A stretch of DNA of 64,000 bases, taken from NCBI GenBank assembly GCA_018654845.1, contig JABIKU010000017.1, positions 34,600-98,599 on the forward strand. Reading direction: 5' to 3'. Source of the stretch: Methanobacteriota archaeon. GTDB taxonomy: Archaea > Thermoplasmatota > Poseidoniia > Poseidoniales > Thalassarchaeaceae. The notes under the pieces are model-generated. The model was not told where the DNA came from. It saw only the letters and a list, made by a program, of their open reading frames with translations, and ran no database searches. Within the stretch, counting starts at the first letter, position 1. Every line of letters begins with the position of its first letter. Below are positions 19,885 through 29,626 of the stretch, in pieces. The position numbers were made by a program, and so were the translations under genes.

Positions 19885-20322
19885 ATGAGTGATAAGTGGG
19901 ATAAGAGATTTATTGCTCTCGCATTGCATATCTCTGACTGGTCAAAAGATCCGTCGACGAAGGTTGGCTGCGTTGTTGTCGGTGAAGACCGTGAGATTCG
20001 TTCAACAGGATTCAATGGATTTCCACGTGGAATTGATGATTCTTTAGAGAGACTAAATGATCGTAGCCAAAAATATCCAATGATTTGTCATGCGGAAGAA
20101 AATGCAATTATGCATGCTGCTCGAATTGGTTTGTCACTGAAAGGTGGAATTGCATATGTCACCTGGCCTCCTTGCTCACGCTGCGCGCGTTCACTAATTC
20201 AAGCCGGAATCAAAGAGGTCGTCTATCCTGACAATATCGAGATACCAGAGCGTTGGGCTGAAGATTTCGAAATCGCTACCGGGATGATGAAGGAAGCGGG
20301 CGTACATGTTCGTACCGCTTGA
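19885..20322 (+). CDS. dCMP deaminase / CMP-dCMP deaminase zinc-binding protein
   Basis: Cytidine/deoxycytidylate deaminase motifs are present: CHAEENAI and PCSRCA. Confidence 0.85.
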   Translation: MSDKWDKRFIALALHISDWSKDPSTKVGCVVVGEDREIRSTGFNGFPRGIDDSLERLNDRSQKYPMICHAEENAIMHAARIGLSLKGGIAYVTWPPCSRCARSLIQAGIKEVVYPDNIEIPERWAEDFEIATGMMKEAGVHVRTA

Positions 20323-20373
20323 ATGTTACAGATTCATTTGCCGAGAATCAAAGCGAATTATTTTCATCAATGA

Positions 20374-20922
20374 TTAAGTCATGTTAAGAATAATGAATAG
20401 TTCATCTAAATTATTATTCAATTCCTCGATTGAACCGCTATTATTTAGAACAATATCAGCTAATTCTGCAGTCGCATTAAGGGCTTGACCAGCATCATCT
20501 TTAGCGATTTCTTCAGCTTTTTCTTGTCGCTCGAAAGTTACCCTATCAAGTGGGTCGCCGGCTCTAGCCCTCTTCTGTGAGCGCTGCCATCGCGCCTCCA
20601 TATTCGAAACGACTTCAATGAGAGTGAAATCACTGCGCTGGCGAAGAGCCTCTACCTCTCCAGGCGTGCGAATCGAATCGATCACCGCGTCTTCGCCATC
20701 GAGACTTTTTAGCAATAATTCTGCGAGAATTCCAGGGCCACCTTGACGGCGTAATTCTCGACCACCTTCGATAAGAGCATCCCGAGTTTGTTCGATATCT
20801 TGTTTGGCGAGCCAAGCTCTAATCGAATCAGAGCAGGATACTGTTCGCAATCCTTTCTCTGAAAACCAAGCGACAATTGTCGATTTTCCAGATGCATTTC
20901 TACCGGTCAATCCGATTAACAT
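20374..20922 (-). CDS. P-loop nucleotide kinase-like protein (archaeal UPF0200 / CoaE-like family)
   Basis: It has a Walker A motif (GLTGRNASGKST). The downstream pattern (IDSIRTPGEVEAL, R.R.GDP, ELADIVLNNSGSIEEL) resembles UPF0200 proteins as I recall them. Confidence 0.65.
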   Translation of the reverse strand: MLIGLTGRNASGKSTIVAWFSEKGLRTVSCSDSIRAWLAKQDIEQTRDALIEGGRELRRQGGPGILAELLLKSLDGEDAVIDSIRTPGEVEALRQRSDFTLIEVVSNMEARWQRSQKRARAGDPLDRVTFERQEKAEEIAKDDAGQALNATAELADIVLNNSGSIEELNNNLDELFIILNMT

Positions 20923-20965
20923 GAATTACGCCAACGGTCGGATGACCATATCGCTTACTGTTACC

Positions 20966-23950
20966 TCAACTCCAATATCGTCGAGTGCTAGCATACTTGA
21001 GTTCGGCGAGATGAATCGATCTCAGTAATTTCACTCTCTCTCCAGCGACGTGTCCACGGAGCACACGCGTCGCTGTCTCTTCGGCAATTCCACGTCCCAT
21101 CAAACAGATGATTGCCTCTTTGCCATGAGTGCGAACAAGCTCAGCATTTTTCTGCATTTTTCCAGCGATTTTAGGATCCTTGCTCGCAACCCAATCTGCA
21201 AGCATTGTTTCCATTCTTTCTGGAGAACAGGCTTGCATAGTTCCAGAACATGTCGTGCAAGCTTCAATTTTTTCGGAAAATAGCTCAACTCTTCGACGCT
21301 TTTTATTTCCACAATTTAGGCAGATGAGGACAGCTCTCTCGTTCAACAAACGCACTTCAAGATGCTCGCGCAATTCTTTGTCCGACCAAGATGGAAGTAA
21401 AAGATCGCGCTCACTTTTTGGAGATAGGCCGAGTGGTCCTGGTGCAGTATTAATCAATTCGATATTCTCATCTTGGATATCTTTAATCAGATCGACAGTT
21501 CCATCAATATCCATTCGTTCATGAAATAATTTATCGAGAGCTTCCTCGATAACAGGAGTTCCTCGCCAGCGTTTCATCAATCCCTGAATATTTACTCTGC
21601 GTGGGTCCACACCTTTCTTCAATACACCCATTTTTCTTGCAACTTGCACGACCCTCCATCGAACTGCTCTGCCATTGGGGATGGTCATACGGAGGAGCGA
21701 GGGGATGGCGATAGGCGGTGTTTCATTGAGCCATTTGATGACATCAGCCGAAGTAGTTCCTGGGATTTGAAATGCGATTCGGTACGGATCGATAACGGCT
21801 CGTCCCATTTTACCTTCTTTTAGTGAGCCCAAAGCTTGGATTAAATGGGCTAATGTTTCATTGATTTTTGAACCGGCACAGGTGTTCAAGACGATTGTAC
21901 CATGCCGATCTTCGATGGTAATTAAGCGGTCACTGGGTAGGTTTCCAGTTGTGTCCAAATGCTCAGCGATTGTTGTCATTAACATGTCTCTGGCCGATTC
22001 AGATAATGGATATTCATCAAAATCGACAACAGCATCATCAGCTTCCATCGCACCCATCGCAATCGCTGCACTTCGGCGCATTATTCCCACTTCTTTGGCA
22101 ATTTCTTTCGGCACCGGTGGCAATTCTCCCGACCATACCGGTGCCTCTCCAGTCTCTTGAATCGGAGCGACTAGAAGTTCTTCTTTGTCCGGATCAGCAT
22201 CGACGATTTGCCAAGTCCTACCGGCCATTACGAAACGTCGTGCTCGGCCGAGAGAATCGTCACTGGCATCATTGTTTAGAGTCAGGACAAAGGCTTCGTC
22301 AACCGAGCCGAGAACGGTTCTAGTCACCGCATCTCGGACTCGATATGATATGTCGTCAGGTATCATTGAGATGTGTTCAACACGGTTTCTGCTTGAACGC
22401 CCAGCAGGAGAGAACCAACCATTTTTGAGAGATTCAGGCAAAACTTTGACCATTGTTGCTCGCCATTTTTGGGTGTCGGATTCTTTCTGTTCTTCGTCCC
22501 AAGGTGGTCGTTCTGGTGGAATATCGCCTTTTGCACGTGATGCTAATTCACGCCACAATTTTGCCGGCCAAGTCATCACGTCAGAATCGGCCGGTTTTTC
22601 GATTAGACGAATCATCCAGCGATCGTTGAGGACGTGCAAAATTGCGAGGGTTGAATCATGATTCCATTCATGAAAAATCGTGCAATTTTGAATAATTTCG
22701 GTTGCAGATTTCAGAGGCACTACGCTTCTTTCAATAGCCATTTGAATGAATTGATTAGCAGCAACAATACCTGGGTCTGTGCGCCATTCTACGCCTTCTA
22801 ATTCACCAGCCATTGCACGACGTGCAATGACACTACACTCTGAGATTCCATCTACTTCCCAAGCAAGAATTTCTCCTCGGCCAGTTCCACCGAGGTGATG
22901 TTCTGCACGTCCCATTCGTTGTAATAATCGGTCGACGGCGCGAGGACTCTGCAATTGATGAACACGCCGAATTGAACCAATATCTATTCCAAGTTCGAGG
23001 CTGCTCGTACAAATCATTCCGTGCATATCGCCTTCACGAAGGCGATTTTCCATAATTCGACGAGTTTCTGCAGCCAAACTTCCATGGTGAACTCCCAATT
23101 TAATTTCGGGAGCGATTGCGCTCAGTCGTTGAGCAACAGTTTCTGCTGTTGAGCGTGAATTGACGAAAACTAGGGCTGGTGAATCAGCAATTAATGAATT
23201 AGCGAGTCGGCGAAAAGCTGCGATGGATGAAGCTGAAACCGACCACTCAACTGAGAGAATCTCATCTTCAGGGCTCGGAATTTCACGATGAACAATTACA
23301 TCGGTAGTTCGAGGTGCGGGACCGAGAATATGTGTTGCTGTTTTCGACATAAATCCAGCGACTTCAGCGGGGTTCCCCACAGTCGCTGATAAGCCAATTC
23401 GCTGAAACGGTGTGCCGCATAATACTTCTATTCGCTCAAGACCAACCATCAACTGAGCACCTCGTTCACTCGCCGCCAAATCATGAATTTCGTCGAGAAC
23501 AACAGCCTTCACGCCGGCGAGATGTTGTCGTAATCGAGAACCAAGCAACATAATTTGAGCAGTTTCTGGAGTCGTTACCAACAAATTTGGTGGATTTTTT
23601 GATTGCCGAGTCCGCTCTTTCTGACTTGTATCACCATGCCGTAACCCAACGCTCAATCCGAGTGGTTCAAGCATAGAACTCAATCGTCTATCGATATCAC
23701 GGTTGAGAGCACGAAGCGGAGTCACATAGAGGATTGAGAGCCCCTCCCAATTCTCTTCTAAGGCTCGAGAAACTAGGGGTAAAATTGCTGCTTCTGTTTT
23801 TCCACTTCCAGTAGGTGCAACGAGGAGACGATCTTTTCCCTCACAAAGTTCGGTACTCGATTCCTGTTGAATAGGAGTCAAATCCCAGCCTAAATTGCTG
23901 ATTAGTCCACGGACTTTCGGGTGAAGTGCGTTGAGCGCATCTCCCGACAT
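20966..23950 (-). CDS. lhr: Lhr-family ATP-dependent DEAD/DEAH-box helicase
   Basis: It has Walker A (APTGSGKTEAA), DEIH, and a helicase C domain with SSLELGIDIG and QR.GRA. The long C-terminal Lhr-type extension ends in a CxxC...CxxC ribbon. Confidence 0.85.
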   Translation of the reverse strand: MSGDALNALHPKVRGLISNLGWDLTPIQQESSTELCEGKDRLLVAPTGSGKTEAAILPLVSRALEENWEGLSILYVTPLRALNRDIDRRLSSMLEPLGLSVGLRHGDTSQKERTRQSKNPPNLLVTTPETAQIMLLGSRLRQHLAGVKAVVLDEIHDLAASERGAQLMVGLERIEVLCGTPFQRIGLSATVGNPAEVAGFMSKTATHILGPAPRTTDVIVHREIPSPEDEILSVEWSVSASSIAAFRRLANSLIADSPALVFVNSRSTAETVAQRLSAIAPEIKLGVHHGSLAAETRRIMENRLREGDMHGMICTSSLELGIDIGSIRRVHQLQSPRAVDRLLQRMGRAEHHLGGTGRGEILAWEVDGISECSVIARRAMAGELEGVEWRTDPGIVAANQFIQMAIERSVVPLKSATEIIQNCTIFHEWNHDSTLAILHVLNDRWMIRLIEKPADSDVMTWPAKLWRELASRAKGDIPPERPPWDEEQKESDTQKWRATMVKVLPESLKNGWFSPAGRSSRNRVEHISMIPDDISYRVRDAVTRTVLGSVDEAFVLTLNNDASDDSLGRARRFVMAGRTWQIVDADPDKEELLVAPIQETGEAPVWSGELPPVPKEIAKEVGIMRRSAAIAMGAMEADDAVVDFDEYPLSESARDMLMTTIAEHLDTTGNLPSDRLITIEDRHGTIVLNTCAGSKINETLAHLIQALGSLKEGKMGRAVIDPYRIAFQIPGTTSADVIKWLNETPPIAIPSLLRMTIPNGRAVRWRVVQVARKMGVLKKGVDPRRVNIQGLMKRWRGTPVIEEALDKLFHERMDIDGTVDLIKDIQDENIELINTAPGPLGLSPKSERDLLLPSWSDKELREHLEVRLLNERAVLICLNCGNKKRRRVELFSEKIEACTTCSGTMQACSPERMETMLADWVASKDPKIAGKMQKNAELVRTHGKEAIICLMGRGIAEETATRVLRGHVAGERVKLLRSIHLAELKYASTRRYWS

Positions 23951-24058
23951 GGTTCTGCGGCGAGAGTAATGTGAAGAAAACCCTCCGACAGCAGTGGATT
24001 CAACTGAGCGTTACAGCGTAAGGGACTAAGACACGAAGCAGTACCCATAACCGTTCAA

Positions 24059-24862
24059 ATGGCAAGTCGAGGAAGGAAAAAAGCCGGTCGTTTTGCGTCA
24101 TGGTGGGAAAGCAAGAGTGATTCACACTTTCAAATCATCACGTATGTAACAATAATTTCAGTAGCATTACTACTTTGGGGACTCATTTTCTTCATCCTAC
24201 TCTCTGGCGCTAGTGATCCAACCAAATCTAATTTGTTACCCTTAACTTGGCTCGGATTATTATTCGGTGCGATCGGAGCATTCTATGTTCTACCTGAATT
24301 TTTTGTTTATCTGGGCGAGCGTCAGATTTTAGAAGATATTTTGGCGCTCGATTCTAGAGCTGAAATCATTCGTCGTAGAAAAGAAGGTGAAGATGCGGCA
24401 ATTATGCTCGGCAAGCCATTTATGGCAAGATTTCGTGGCTTGCTTGAATTACACGAGATATCAGTAGGAAAGAAATTGGGAACAGAATCTCGTGCGCCGA
24501 ATCGCTCAAGTGAAGGCAGTGATTTGATGACAACCAACGTTTGGTGGAATAATTCTAACTCAATCCTTGCTGTAAAATTACCAGGATTGAAAGCACTCGA
24601 CAACATCAATTTTCACCGTTCAACAATTATCACTTCAGCAGGAATAGTTGGCTTTCTCATCTATAATTCAATCAGCGGTCTCGCCGTCAGCGCAACCGGT
24701 GTGCGAGATCATACAATCGATTTAACGGCGAAATTAGGCGGTGAAGGAAGTTTCCACGAAATTGCCCCTCACTTCGATGCTGTCAGCATGTTATTGATTG
24801 GCTTCTTTGGAATAATTCTCTATTCGACTAAACCTGCATTCTCTGGTGAAGAGGAGGAATGA
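24059..24862 (+). CDS. Hypothetical membrane protein (about 4 TM helices with a soluble middle loop)
   Basis: ORF with a basic N-terminus, two TM helices, a charged loop of about 90 aa, two further TM helices and an EEEE tail. Its stop overlaps the signal peptidase start (ATGA at 24859-24862). Confidence 0.65.
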   Translation: MASRGRKKAGRFASWWESKSDSHFQIITYVTIISVALLLWGLIFFILLSGASDPTKSNLLPLTWLGLLFGAIGAFYVLPEFFVYLGERQILEDILALDSRAEIIRRRKEGEDAAIMLGKPFMARFRGLLELHEISVGKKLGTESRAPNRSSEGSDLMTTNVWWNNSNSILAVKLPGLKALDNINFHRSTIITSAGIVGFLIYNSISGLAVSATGVRDHTIDLTAKLGGEGSFHEIAPHFDAVSMLLIGFFGIILYSTKPAFSGEEEE

Positions 24863-25758
24863 AGATGGTATCCACACAAGATTGGTTGCGTGAAGGATTG
24901 CTCGCTGCCGGTTTAGTTGGATTGCTCCTCGGCTCGATGTTTTTAGCGACCGGATCCTTTCCCCCAATGGTAGTCGTCGAATCCGGTTCTATGATGCACG
25001 ATTTGGAAGATGGTTCAGTTGGTGCAATCGATCCTGGCGATCTAATATTAGTAATGAAACCCAATCGGGTAGAAATCATCACTTATGTCGAAGCAAAGCA
25101 AGTTGGAAACGAAAATTATGGCTACGAATCTTTTGGTATGGAGGGAGATGTGATTATTTATAGAAAGAATGGAGGCAGTGATACTCCAATTATTCACAGG
25201 GCTCTGCTCAAAGCGGTTGCTGAAACTACTGCATCTGCACAAAGTGGAACCTGCACGGAGGGTGTTTACGATGGTCTGGAGGATATTTGCATTCTAACCT
25301 GGTCCGTTCCTGGAACAGACATCATTAATGTCGAAGAAATTTCAATGACATTGGATTACTCATGCGTTCCGCATGGTAATTTAGTAATCGATAGTTGGGT
25401 TCCAAAACATGAAGGATATCTGACAACCGGTGATAATTATCGATCAAATGGCTGCACGATAGACCAATTACGTGCGACTTCAAGCGATGCTGATGAGCAA
25501 TGGATTCGAGGTCGAGGATTGAAGGATGAGAATGGCAATCCAGTAACTGCTGTTCGTGATATTTGGATTGAAGGAGTATCTGCGACAGAAATTCCATGGA
25601 TCGGTGCGATTAAACTATTTTTTTCTGGAACTTCATCATCAGTGACTGGTAAATCTTGGGCCAATCTAGGCTTGGTATTTGCATCAGTAATTGCGGCACC
25701 GATGCTTTATGAAGGTATTTTTGAAAATCGAAAAACCGATTCTGATGAAGAGGAATGA
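24859..25758 (+). CDS. Signal peptidase I, archaeal/ER Sec11 type (S26B), with a large Cys-containing insertion
   Basis: Seen in order: an N-terminal TM helix, the catalytic Ser box VESGSMMH, the His box PIIHRAL, the box TTGDNYRSN and a C-terminal TM helix. At 299 aa it looks long for this family. Confidence 0.8.
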   Translation: MKMVSTQDWLREGLLAAGLVGLLLGSMFLATGSFPPMVVVESGSMMHDLEDGSVGAIDPGDLILVMKPNRVEIITYVEAKQVGNENYGYESFGMEGDVIIYRKNGGSDTPIIHRALLKAVAETTASAQSGTCTEGVYDGLEDICILTWSVPGTDIINVEEISMTLDYSCVPHGNLVIDSWVPKHEGYLTTGDNYRSNGCTIDQLRATSSDADEQWIRGRGLKDENGNPVTAVRDIWIEGVSATEIPWIGAIKLFFSGTSSSVTGKSWANLGLVFASVIAAPMLYEGIFENRKTDSDEEE

Positions 25759-25779
25759 GTTTTTCGAAGAAACGAATAA

Positions 25780-27342
25780 TCAGATTATTTTTGGTAAAAT
25801 AATCGGAAATAATACGATTATTAGCATGCCGAAGCTGCTGAAATTACTAATTCTGTCGGCTAAAGATTCAATCCGCATCGGATGCATATTTTTACTGAAT
25901 GTTGCAATCGTAGAGTGAATCGTATCATGAATAATATGGCCTCCATCGAAGGGAATCATAGGAATCAGGTTTGCGAATCCTAGGATGAAATTAATCCAAG
26001 CTAGCCAGAAGAGGAAATCGAACAATCCTAGCATGCCTTCTGTGCCCAGAGTTGAAGCGATGAAACCATCTCCTGCTTCGATTAATGCGCGCTCTTCTAG
26101 AGCCATAGTTTGGCCGTCATTAATAATCGGAATTCCCATTATACCGAGTGGGCGTAGGAGGAATCTGAGAGATTTATAGACCATGCCAGTATCTTCAACG
26201 GTCGAGAATTCATAGTAATCGACTCCGCTAGTGCCAGCAGAAAGTTCACTTACTCCAAGGAATGCATTTCCTTCGAAAATTTCCCAATTGTCTAGAATTT
26301 TTGCGGTATCGTCGAGGCAAGTTTGCTCACCTTCGCACATCTCGAGATAATATTGTCGTTGATCGGTAAGCATCACACTAATCCTTCTCGCTTCCCTTTC
26401 TCCATTCTCATCTTCATGAGATAGTACCGAAATCATCACCACATCCCCTGCTTGATTTTGGTCAAGAGTCTGTGAGAATGAATCGAAATCAGGAACCCAT
26501 TGACCATCGATATGGGTAATGATTTCGTATGGTAACAAACCGGATTCAGAAGCACCAGTGTCATCAATAATTGCTTTTGCATGAACTCCTTCGTCTTGGG
26601 CAACAAAGCCCGATGCAGTCGCGGACAGCATAATCAAAACAAGATATGTTGCGACGATATTAATCGACGGACCTGCAGCATAAAGCCGAATTCTTTCCCG
26701 TCGAGGTGCTCGAACAATTTCTTCTAATTCGGGTTCAGCAAAGGCTCCCATCGGTAATGGACCCGCGAGAAGTAGACCGAAACTTCGCAATCTCATCCCA
26801 TGAGCGCGGGCTTGAATTCCATGGCTATATTCATGGATTACTAGAGCGATAATCAAAGCAATTACCGGCCACCAAAATGGAACGAAACTCGTTACCCCTG
26901 GAATCAATAGTAGGTCTTTTGCTGGCAGACTTTGTTGTGGTGGCTCTAATGCAGCAAAAACTGCTGTTGCCACCAATAAAAAGATTACACCAAACATCAT
27001 TAAAAAACAAAGCCAAATTGAAAACTCACCATATGCTCGCCAAAATTTACGATTATTGGAAATTTTATCGAGTAATTTTAGACCACGTTGAGTTCTAATC
27101 ATCAGGATGAAACCCATTGCTCGAGTAGCATTCCAATTGTCGAGTGTTCCATTATTTTCTAGGTAAATCAGCAAAAAATACCAAGTTGCTAAAATTACAA
27201 TTGCCCAGATTGGCATACCTAAAATATTGAGGAACCAAAGAAAAATAATTGGTCCGAGGTAATCGAAACCCGACGATTGCCTCTCCTCCATCGGCTTTAG
27301 GCCGTAGATGATGTTCTTCAACCTGTGTGGCTCGATGCGCAA
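25780..27342 (-). CDS. Site-2 protease family (M50) intramembrane zinc metalloprotease with PDZ-like insert
   Basis: It has HEYSHG (HExxH) in a TM segment and NLIPMIPFDGGH near the C-terminus. The start could instead be the Met at 27291. Confidence 0.85.
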   Translation of the reverse strand: MRIEPHRLKNIIYGLKPMEERQSSGFDYLGPIIFLWFLNILGMPIWAIVILATWYFLLIYLENNGTLDNWNATRAMGFILMIRTQRGLKLLDKISNNRKFWRAYGEFSIWLCFLMMFGVIFLLVATAVFAALEPPQQSLPAKDLLLIPGVTSFVPFWWPVIALIIALVIHEYSHGIQARAHGMRLRSFGLLLAGPLPMGAFAEPELEEIVRAPRRERIRLYAAGPSINIVATYLVLIMLSATASGFVAQDEGVHAKAIIDDTGASESGLLPYEIITHIDGQWVPDFDSFSQTLDQNQAGDVVMISVLSHEDENGEREARRISVMLTDQRQYYLEMCEGEQTCLDDTAKILDNWEIFEGNAFLGVSELSAGTSGVDYYEFSTVEDTGMVYKSLRFLLRPLGIMGIPIINDGQTMALEERALIEAGDGFIASTLGTEGMLGLFDFLFWLAWINFILGFANLIPMIPFDGGHIIHDTIHSTIATFSKNMHPMRIESLADRISNFSSFGMLIIVLFPIILPKII

Positions 27343-27373
27343 TCAAAAAGACGGGGAGTCTCTACGGTCATTC

Positions 27374-27559
27374 ATGGTCGATGCGGCAGATGATGATAAT
27401 CGGAGCGATAATCGTAAACTTGATTCAATTCGCCGAGAGCGAGAGAGTATTGTGAGATTATTGCAACAAGCAAAGATGTCGAGTCTTGTTGAAGAAGTGA
27501 AGAAGCTGAATCAAGAATTCGATAGACTGGACGCCTTTTTATCAGGTGAACTGGACTGA
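27374..27559 (+). CDS. Hypothetical small charged helical protein (61 aa)
   Basis: This is the internal ATG of ORF 27308..27559. The sequence is helical and charged (RRERESIVRLLQQAK...EEVKKLNQEFDRL). It overlaps the hjc 3' end by 49 nt in convergent orientation. Support is weak. Confidence 0.3.
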   Translation: MVDAADDDNRSDNRKLDSIRRERESIVRLLQQAKMSSLVEEVKKLNQEFDRLDAFLSGELD

Positions 27560-28149
27560 TATTGATCTGTTTCAGTCTCTATAATATTGCTGTAAATTGC
27601 AGCGCTTGCCTGTAATGATTCAATTGAGCGAGCGCCATCAGAACGACAAACAAGCGCGATGAATTTGTGTAAAGGAAGGCCTTGTTCCCAATCTAGGTGC
27701 GGTGTTCCGTTTCTAGTAAGTGGAAGGGCAGGGACAAGGGAAGCGAGTCGGCGAGATTTCCCGGTTAAATTATCGATATTAACTCGAAATATTCTCCAAC
27801 TATCGCCACGGACACTTTTCAATCTGTAAGCGTAAAATGGTTGTAAACCACATTTCTCACCGATATCTTTCAGAGCTTGATATTGTAAAACGGTTCTACC
27901 TGAGAGGTACAATCGAGACTTTTTCGAGGATTTCACCTCGATTGGAAAACACATGTCACCACGCAACACCAACAAATCTCCAGTTCCTTCCGAACCACTT
28001 CCTGGTGCGCGGACGACAAGAAATGGTCGTTGGCAAACCTGCATCGCTTGCGCGCGTTGAGATTCAGTACAAGATCTTGTAACCGCGCGGACACCTTTCT
28101 CTTCACCAGCCAGAACTGAGCGCAATTCGCGCTCGTAAATACTGCTCAT
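27511..28149 (-). CDS. hjc: Holliday junction resolvase Hjc-like nuclease with an internal insertion and C-terminal extension
   Basis: It aligns by eye to the Hjc core: YERELRSVL, FLVVRAPGSGS..GDLLVL..CFPIEVKSSKK..LYLS, FYAYRL...WRIFRV. At 212 aa it exceeds the 120-140 aa typical of Hjc. Confidence 0.65.
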   Translation of the reverse strand: MSSIYERELRSVLAGEEKGVRAVTRSCTESQRAQAMQVCQRPFLVVRAPGSGSEGTGDLLVLRGDMCFPIEVKSSKKSRLYLSGRTVLQYQALKDIGEKCGLQPFYAYRLKSVRGDSWRIFRVNIDNLTGKSRRLASLVPALPLTRNGTPHLDWEQGLPLHKFIALVCRSDGARSIESLQASAAIYSNIIETETDQYQSSSPDKKASSLSNS

Positions 28150-28243
28150 ACATCGAGCCGCTTCTCAGGGTTATTGACGACATCGCTTGCAAACTCTAAT
28201 TAGAGCGAATTTTGGCTGGTTTTGAGAATCACCAAAATCAGCT

Positions 28244-28885
28244 TCAGGGGTACTTTCCTTTTCGGAAAAGTCGAGTTTTATCAACTCCCGGGAACTGATC
28301 CTCAGACTCTCGATATACGGTCTTCATGTTATTCAAATATGTATTGTCGTCGGTGACAATCAATACCATATCGACTCCTGGATCTTCTCCTTCGTCCATC
28401 CATGCAAGAACAATTTCCATTGTTTTGCGAGCGTTTTCACGATTAGGATAAGCAAATACATCGGTGCCGAGAGGCGGTAGAACAACCGTACTTCTGGGTT
28501 TCAAAGCTGATACTTCCTCAAACATTGCAGCATATGATTTTTCGAGTAACTCTCGACGGTACTGATCTTGAGTCGGACGACGACAATCAGGACCGACGAC
28601 ATGAATTAGGTGCTCAGCTAGTAAATTGTAAGCAGAAGTAGTAACTGCTTCACCGACCCCACAAGGTTGTGTATTCGTTTTTCTCTTCTCTTTCGCAATT
28701 TCTATACATGCGGCGCGAAGTTCAGGACCAGCTGCAAGTTGCATCTTCTCATCGAGGCCTTCACGTCCTGCGAGTCGGTTATTTGCTGGCAATACCATGA
28801 CATCCCCCTCGACTCGAGTAATATTCCCGAAGCATACACGAACTTGGCCATATTTGCACTCACGGACTATGATGACCTCTGCCAT
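28244..28885 (-). CDS. Macro-domain protein (ADP-ribose / O-acetyl-ADP-ribose binding or hydrolysing)
   Basis: Macro-domain pattern is present: GNITRVEGDVMVLPANNRL.G, AAGPEL..AC, GEAVTTSAYNL, IHVVGP. Start chosen at the third ATG (28885). The ORF track extends to 28942. Confidence 0.7.
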   Translation of the reverse strand: MAEVIIVRECKYGQVRVCFGNITRVEGDVMVLPANNRLAGREGLDEKMQLAAGPELRAACIEIAKEKRKTNTQPCGVGEAVTTSAYNLLAEHLIHVVGPDCRRPTQDQYRRELLEKSYAAMFEEVSALKPRSTVVLPPLGTDVFAYPNRENARKTMEIVLAWMDEGEDPGVDMVLIVTDDNTYLNNMKTVYRESEDQFPGVDKTRLFRKGKYP

Positions 28886-28984
28886 ACAATCACGAGGGCG
28901 ACCCATCTGCTTTGTATTCTTCTCAGTACGATTCTCTAACAAGGGCGGCGAAGGTTTGATTGATGACTAGGGTTACGGATTAAC

Positions 28985-29218
28985 ATGTCAGTCGGTTATG
29001 TGCTCATCAATGTTGAACCAGGTTCAGAGATTAGTGTCTTCAATGCCACTTCTGCGCTCCCATTTGTTAGTGATGCGAATCTTCTATTCGGCGATCATGA
29101 TTTAATCGTAAAATTAGAAGCAGAAAATATGGGCTCAATCGCTCGATTAGTGGTCGAATCTATTCGCTCAGTCCCCGGTGTTTTGAACACAAAAACACTC
29201 GCCTGTGCTGAGATTTGA
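28985..29218 (+). CDS. Stand-alone Lrp/AsnC ligand-binding (RAM) domain protein
   Basis: 77 aa. GYVLINVEPGSE...GDHDLIVKLEAENMGSIARLVVESIRSVPGV..TKT is typical of AsnC-type RAM domains lacking the HTH. Confidence 0.7.
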   Translation: MSVGYVLINVEPGSEISVFNATSALPFVSDANLLFGDHDLIVKLEAENMGSIARLVVESIRSVPGVLNTKTLACAEI

Positions 29219-29355
29219 ACAAAAAATCGAAATAAATGAGTGATTTTCTTCACCTCGGTAATTTTGAAAAAGTACCAATAGAGGCGCAGTATGCCGTTTA
29301 TCCGCCAATACCTTCATATGTTCTTTGAAGGGGCGCGCCAGTGGAGGATTGCTTT

Positions 29356-29619
29356 ATGTCAGATAAGAAATATTTCGTATTGATGGAGAATGGAATGGAT
29401 ACCACACAGGTGTTCGTAAGCAAGCAACCACGCGGCGCTGCCCTCAAAGCAGCTACGCGTGGACACACCGACATCCAACTGCGTGAGCGCGGAACAAACC
29501 GTGTTCACAACTTTGATGGTTGGACAGAAGTTGTTGCTAAGCCAGCGAATGGGCCTGCATGGTTACCAGACAAGATCAAGAAGGCTAACGTGAAGAAAAA
29601 CGGCATCACTCGTCTTTGA
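29356..29619 (+). CDS. Chromosomal (non-histone) DNA-binding protein MC1
   Basis: It closely resembles Methanosarcina MC1 as I recall it (KQPRGAALKAATRG, LRERGTNRVHNF, AKPANGPAWLPDKIKKANVKK). GGAGG lies 8 nt upstream of ATG 29356. The ORF track begins at GTG 29341. Confidence 0.85.
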   Translation: MSDKKYFVLMENGMDTTQVFVSKQPRGAALKAATRGHTDIQLRERGTNRVHNFDGWTEVVAKPANGPAWLPDKIKKANVKKNGITRL

Positions 29620-29626
29620 GTGACTG

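Noticed and set aside
20374-23950. The Lhr helicase plus the adjacent P-loop kinase as a possible defence module.
   Set aside because: Lhr-type helicases and UPF0200-like kinases are, as far as I know, common archaeal chromosomal genes. No nuclease, methylase, sensor or other defence-type partner is present, and the neighbours are nucleotide and folate metabolism genes.
27511-28885. The macro-domain protein plus an endonuclease-fold neighbour as a DarTG-like or other ADP-ribosylation toxin-antitoxin or defence pair.
   Set aside because: No ADP-ribosyltransferase-like gene is present. The nuclease aligns to housekeeping Hjc. The genes are separated by 94 nt with no coupling signal.
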